19,752 nucleotides of DNA, taken from positions 1 to 19,752 of the forward strand of contig JBGFSC010000044.1 of assembly GCA_041694815.1 (NCBI GenBank). Reading direction: 5' to 3'. Every line of letters begins with the position of its first letter. Positions within the stretch are counted from its first letter, which is position 1. Of this stretch, positions 16,418 to 19,752 are shown in pieces. Under the pieces are notes generated by a model that did not search any database, was not told the origin of the DNA, and was given only the letters and a program-made list of their open reading frames with translations. Source of the stretch: Elusimicrobiota bacterium. GTDB taxonomy: Bacteria; Elusimicrobiota; Elusimicrobia; UBA1565; JACRDR01. Position numbers and translations under genes: made by a program.

Positions 16418-17518
16418 ATGCTATCTTCGCGCGACCTCAACGCCCTGCGTTGGCTCAAATCCGAAGAAGCGGATATACTCACCCTCTACCTTGAAATAGA
16501 AGGCAGCTCCTTCGGCGCCGCCTACCGCGCCGCGCTCCAGGCTGGCTTGGCCCGGCAGGCGTCGCTGCGGGAACGCGGCAAAGACCTCGAGAAAATCGAG
16601 CGATTCGTCCAGGAATTCAAGGCCGAGGCTCATCGCGGCCTGGCGGTGTTCGCCTCCGACGCGCAGCGGCTGTGGCGGGCCTACCCCCTCCCCCAGCCCG
16701 TCAAGAGCGCGCTGCTGCTCGGCGCCCGCCCTTACCTGACTCCGCTGTTATCCATCGTAGACCAGTACCAGCGCTACGGCGTCGCGCTCATCGGCCCCGC
16801 GCAGGCGCGTTTTCTGGAGGTATTTCTCGGGGAAATAGAGGAATGCGAGGACGAGGATGCCCCGGTTTTCCGCAGGCCATCGGCACGCGGCGAGGAGTCG
16901 CCTCCCTTAAGCGCATGGGGGAGGCGGGCGGCGCATTTGGCCGGCCTTCGGAATTGGGATCGGCTGATCGTCGGCGCCCCGCGCGAGATGGAAGGCGCCT
17001 TCCTCAGCCACTTGCCCATGAAGCTCAAGGACAACCTGATCCTCGATCCGTTGCTTGTGGCGCAGACCGGCAAGGGGCAAGTGCTCGAAAGGGTTCTCGA
17101 GAACGAGTGCCAAGCCCGCAAGCTCCGCGAAAGCGTGCTCATCCACCGGCTCATCGACTCCTTCAACGGCCGCGGCCCAGCGGTCTTGGGGCTCGAACGG
17201 ACGCTGGAGGCTCTCGGCCGAGGGAGGGTCCGCACGATCTTCGTGCGCGACGGATTCGCCAAATTGGGCCGCATCTGCCCGGACTGCTACTGCCTTTCAT
17301 TGACGGATAAGAAATGCGAGCGCTGCGCCCGCCCGACCGACCCCGCTTTTAATTTGATCGCCGAGATGGCCCAAGAGGCCTTGGATCAAGGCTGCGAGGT
17401 ATTCCGCATCCTTTACGACACTCGGCTCGATTCCTTCGGGCATATCGGCGCCGAGCTCAACGATGGCTCGCGCTCTTGCGCGCCCAAGTCCTCGCCGAAG
17501 CTCCTCTCGAGCGCCTGA
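16418..17518 (+). CDS. Bacterial aeRF1/Pelota-superfamily (baeRF-like) protein with Zn ribbon
   Basis: ILTLYLEI, HRGLAVFA, PYLTPLLSIVDQYQRYGVALI..ARFLEVFLGEIEE, LIVGAP, AVLGLERTLEALGRGRV, CPDC..CERC, GHIGAEL. Start at ATG 16418 is inferred. Confidence 0.85.
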   Translation: MLSSRDLNALRWLKSEEADILTLYLEIEGSSFGAAYRAALQAGLARQASLRERGKDLEKIERFVQEFKAEAHRGLAVFASDAQRLWRAYPLPQPVKSALLLGARPYLTPLLSIVDQYQRYGVALIGPAQARFLEVFLGEIEECEDEDAPVFRRPSARGEESPPLSAWGRRAAHLAGLRNWDRLIVGAPREMEGAFLSHLPMKLKDNLILDPLLVAQTGKGQVLERVLENECQARKLRESVLIHRLIDSFNGRGPAVLGLERTLEALGRGRVRTIFVRDGFAKLGRICPDCYCLSLTDKKCERCARPTDPAFNLIAEMAQEALDQGCEVFRILYDTRLDSFGHIGAELNDGSRSCAPKSSPKLLSSA

Positions 17519-18507
17519 GCTTCCTTCTCGAAGGATCGGAAGTAGCCGTAGATAAGCCCGCGCATCTCGGCTGAGCTCTGCGCCCGGCATGCGCGCGAGC
17601 GGAATTCGGCCCCCCCGGGGAGCCCCGAGGCGTACCAACAGGCCGCGCGGCGCATGCGCAGCACCGCGAGGCGCTCCCCTGCGTGCTCGATCTCCAGATC
17701 GAGATGCTCAAGCAGCGCGTCCCGCCGCTGGGCCACGGAGGGGCAAAACGCGGGAAGGAGGGGGTCGCGGAGCCCGCCCTCGATGTTGCGGTAAATCCAG
17801 GGATTGCCGAGCCCGCCGCGGCCGATCATGACGCCGTCGCAGCCGCTAATCTCCAAAAGCCGCCGGGCGTCCCGGGCCGAGAGCACGTCCCCGTTGCCGA
17901 TGACCGGGATCCGGACCGCGGCCTTGACCCTCCCGATGGCGTGGTAATCGGCGCGTCCGCAATAGCGCTGCTGCCGTGTGCGGCCGTGCACCGTGACCGC
18001 GCTGATCCCCTCGACCTCGGCCCGTCTGGCGATCTCGACGGCCTCGGCGCCGCTTTCGTCGGCGTAGCCCTTGCGCATCTTGACCGTCACCGGGATGCGG
18101 CGCACGGCCCGGACCACCCTGCGGAAGATTTCGCTCGCCTTCTCGGGTTGTCGCAGCATGGCCGAGCCGGCCCCGTCGCCCCCGCCGGTGATCTTGGGGA
18201 CGGGGCAGCCCATGTTGATGTCGAGCAAGTCGAAGCCCATCCCCTCGATGACGGCGGCCGCCTCTCCCATGCGCGCCGGGTCGCAGCCGACGAGCTGCGC
18301 GCCCAGGGGACGGTCCTCGGGAGCGGTCTTGAGCATCTCCAATGTCTTGGGGTTGCGCTCCAGTAGGGCGTGGGCCGAGACCATCTCCAGGAAAGCGAAT
18401 TCCATGCCGCGGCGGCGGGCGACCAGGCGGAAGGCCAGGTCGGTGCAGGCGGCCAGAGGGGACTGGATGACCCCGCTCGCAAGCGTAAGGCCCTTAAGGA
18501 GAAGCAT
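17413..18507 (-). CDS. dusB: tRNA-dihydrouridine synthase DusB
   Basis: SPLA..TD..FR, DINMGCPVPKI, PVTVKMRKG, VTVHGRTRQQ, IPVIGNGDV, DGVMIGRGGLGNPW. Confidence 0.93.
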   Translation of the reverse strand: MLLLKGLTLASGVIQSPLAACTDLAFRLVARRRGMEFAFLEMVSAHALLERNPKTLEMLKTAPEDRPLGAQLVGCDPARMGEAAAVIEGMGFDLLDINMGCPVPKITGGGDGAGSAMLRQPEKASEIFRRVVRAVRRIPVTVKMRKGYADESGAEAVEIARRAEVEGISAVTVHGRTRQQRYCGRADYHAIGRVKAAVRIPVIGNGDVLSARDARRLLEISGCDGVMIGRGGLGNPWIYRNIEGGLRDPLLPAFCPSVAQRRDALLEHLDLEIEHAGERLAVLRMRRAACWYASGLPGGAEFRSRACRAQSSAEMRGLIYGYFRSFEKEAQALERSFGEDLGAQEREPSLSSAPICPKESSRVS

Positions 18508-18806
18508 CAATCAAAATCGAAGGGCCGCGGGGGAGGAGTGTTGTCGCCCTCCTCCGCGATGCGCCGGCGCTCCTTCTCGAACTTCTCCATGGCCTCGCGC
18601 TTTCGGGCCTCCAGGGCCTGCTTGGCGTTTGAGAAAAAATTCTCGCGCTTCTTCTTGTCCGCCTCCAGCTTCTCCATGGCGGCCTTAAGCGGGTCGCCCG
18701 GGACGGCGGCCTCTCTCTTCGCCCAATGCTGCAGCACCTTGCCGCTTTCCCGGTCCGCCTCGATGCGCGCGCCGCAGCAGGGGCAGTCGACGTACAGGGT
18801 GGCCAT
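18507..18806 (-). CDS. Hypothetical Zn-ribbon-like (CPCC) and coiled-coil protein
   Basis: VDCPCCGARIEAD, charged helical body, PPPRPFDFD tail. Its stop overlaps the dusB start (TGATG). Confidence 0.75.
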   Translation of the reverse strand: MATLYVDCPCCGARIEADRESGKVLQHWAKREAAVPGDPLKAAMEKLEADKKKRENFFSNAKQALEARKREAMEKFEKERRRIAEEGDNTPPPRPFDFD

Positions 18807-19034
18807 CGCAGCTAGTTTAGCAAACGTGGATGCGAAAATGGCTTTAGAACCCGCCGGCGACGCGGCGCCTCTCCGCTACTTTGGCCGCGAAGCCAAATTT
18901 TGCGGCGCCATTTTGGCGGCGCAAAAAAACGCCTTCATGCGATATAGGCCGAGCTGGCTATAGGTCCTTTGGACCATTAATCTTCCCTTCTGGCCCATGC
19001 AAATCGGATCAAGATGGCGCCATAATCATCGCAC

Positions 19035-19619
19035 ATGAAATCCGCACACCCATCGGTCTTATTGCTGGCAAGCTGCATTTTAAGCGTAGTCCACCCTGTT
19101 ATATTTGCGCAGAATTCCCTTACGCGTGAACGACGAATAGAAATAGAGTCCCTACTGCCACAATGGCAGGAGGCCAAATCTAAGGCTGCACTTACCAGGG
19201 ACGTATTTTTATCTGGAATTGCCCAAGATTCACGGTTGAATTATGAGTCCTTCCGAAGTCATATTGAGAAGGCATGGTCCTTCTGCGAGGGTATTGAACG
19301 CATGGAAGACAGCCGCCAACAGTATTTATCAAAATTACTCCACGATGAGTTTTCTAAAGGGAGCATCTCAGCTGATGAGTGGCTTCGTCGAACGGACTTA
19401 GTATCGAAGATCTTTCAAATTAGAATGCTCTTTACTTACGGCAATCTGATGCCGCGGATTTTAGACGAGGCGACAGAGCAGACCGGAAAACAAGGCCGAT
19501 TCTACGCCGGTCCTGGATGGGGGATCCTCCTCAACCAAGAGGAAATGAGAAACCTCCATAAAGAATATAAGGAACTCGTGGGTTTTCCTCCCCAAGTACT
19601 CGATGGCAAGAATCTTTAA
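19035..19619 (+). CDS. Hypothetical exported protein, visibly lower GC than the window core
   Basis: 194-aa ORF with signal-peptide-like N-terminus. No family recognised. Confidence 0.6.
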   Translation: MKSAHPSVLLLASCILSVVHPVIFAQNSLTRERRIEIESLLPQWQEAKSKAALTRDVFLSGIAQDSRLNYESFRSHIEKAWSFCEGIERMEDSRQQYLSKLLHDEFSKGSISADEWLRRTDLVSKIFQIRMLFTYGNLMPRILDEATEQTGKQGRFYAGPGWGILLNQEEMRNLHKEYKELVGFPPQVLDGKNL

Positions 19620-19633
19620 CGATCATTTCTTAA

Positions 19634-19752
19634 CACTCCTGTCCGGTTAAAGTTGGAGGCATAGCTGGAGGTCTTGACGCCTGAGGCGGTCGAGCCTTTT
19701 GGGGTTGAGGTGGAGCAGATCGAAAAGCGAGGCTCGCTCAAGCAAGGTTTCT
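19634..19752 (-). mobile_element. Right (transposase 3') end of the IS4-family element, cut by the window edge
   Basis: Terminal IR CACTCCTGTCCGGTTAAA (19634-19651). A minus-strand frame ETLLERASLFDLLHLNPKRLDRLRRQDLQLCLQL stops at a TAA inside the IR, like IS4 transposase C-termini. Confidence 0.8.

Noticed and set aside
1..19752. CRISPR array, integron attC array, retron or riboswitch
   Set aside because: No regular repeat-spacer units, attC series or reverse transcriptase seen, and no aptamer recognised by eye. An Rfam scan was not possible.

Overview
GC-rich bacterial chromosomal segment of unknown lineage. Both edges are ends of the same IS4-family element: exactly 119 bp at each edge, with a perfect 18-bp terminal inverted repeat. 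In order, the window holds an IS-truncated secreted protein, tRNA-Asn(GTT), a wHTH-HATPase/STAS-like gene pair, and a Cys-rich RAPP-ending leader ORF ahead of a CusCBA-type Cu(I)/Ag(I) RND efflux operon. Next come a DUF1684 protein, an AtoE-like transporter and a HAMP class III adenylate cyclase. A ~5.9 kb stress/metal cluster follows: Csp3-like Cu storage protein, 47-aa small protein, degenerate Gfo/Idh/MocA, metallothionein-like peptide, Ig-like protein, a single-domain receiver, two tandem OmpR/PhoB paralogues and a GGQ-less aeRF1-like protein. The window closes with dusB, a Zn-ribbon protein and an AT-richer orphan. Most notable signals: (1) six promoters in the cluster share a phased 11-bp Pho-box-like repeat array at a fixed distance from the -10 box, implying a local regulon of the twin regulators; (2) a RAPP arrest-peptide leader whose 3' end can base-pair with the SD of the first efflux gene; (3) apparently leaderless starts for seven genes. 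All calls were made by eye; no database searches were run.
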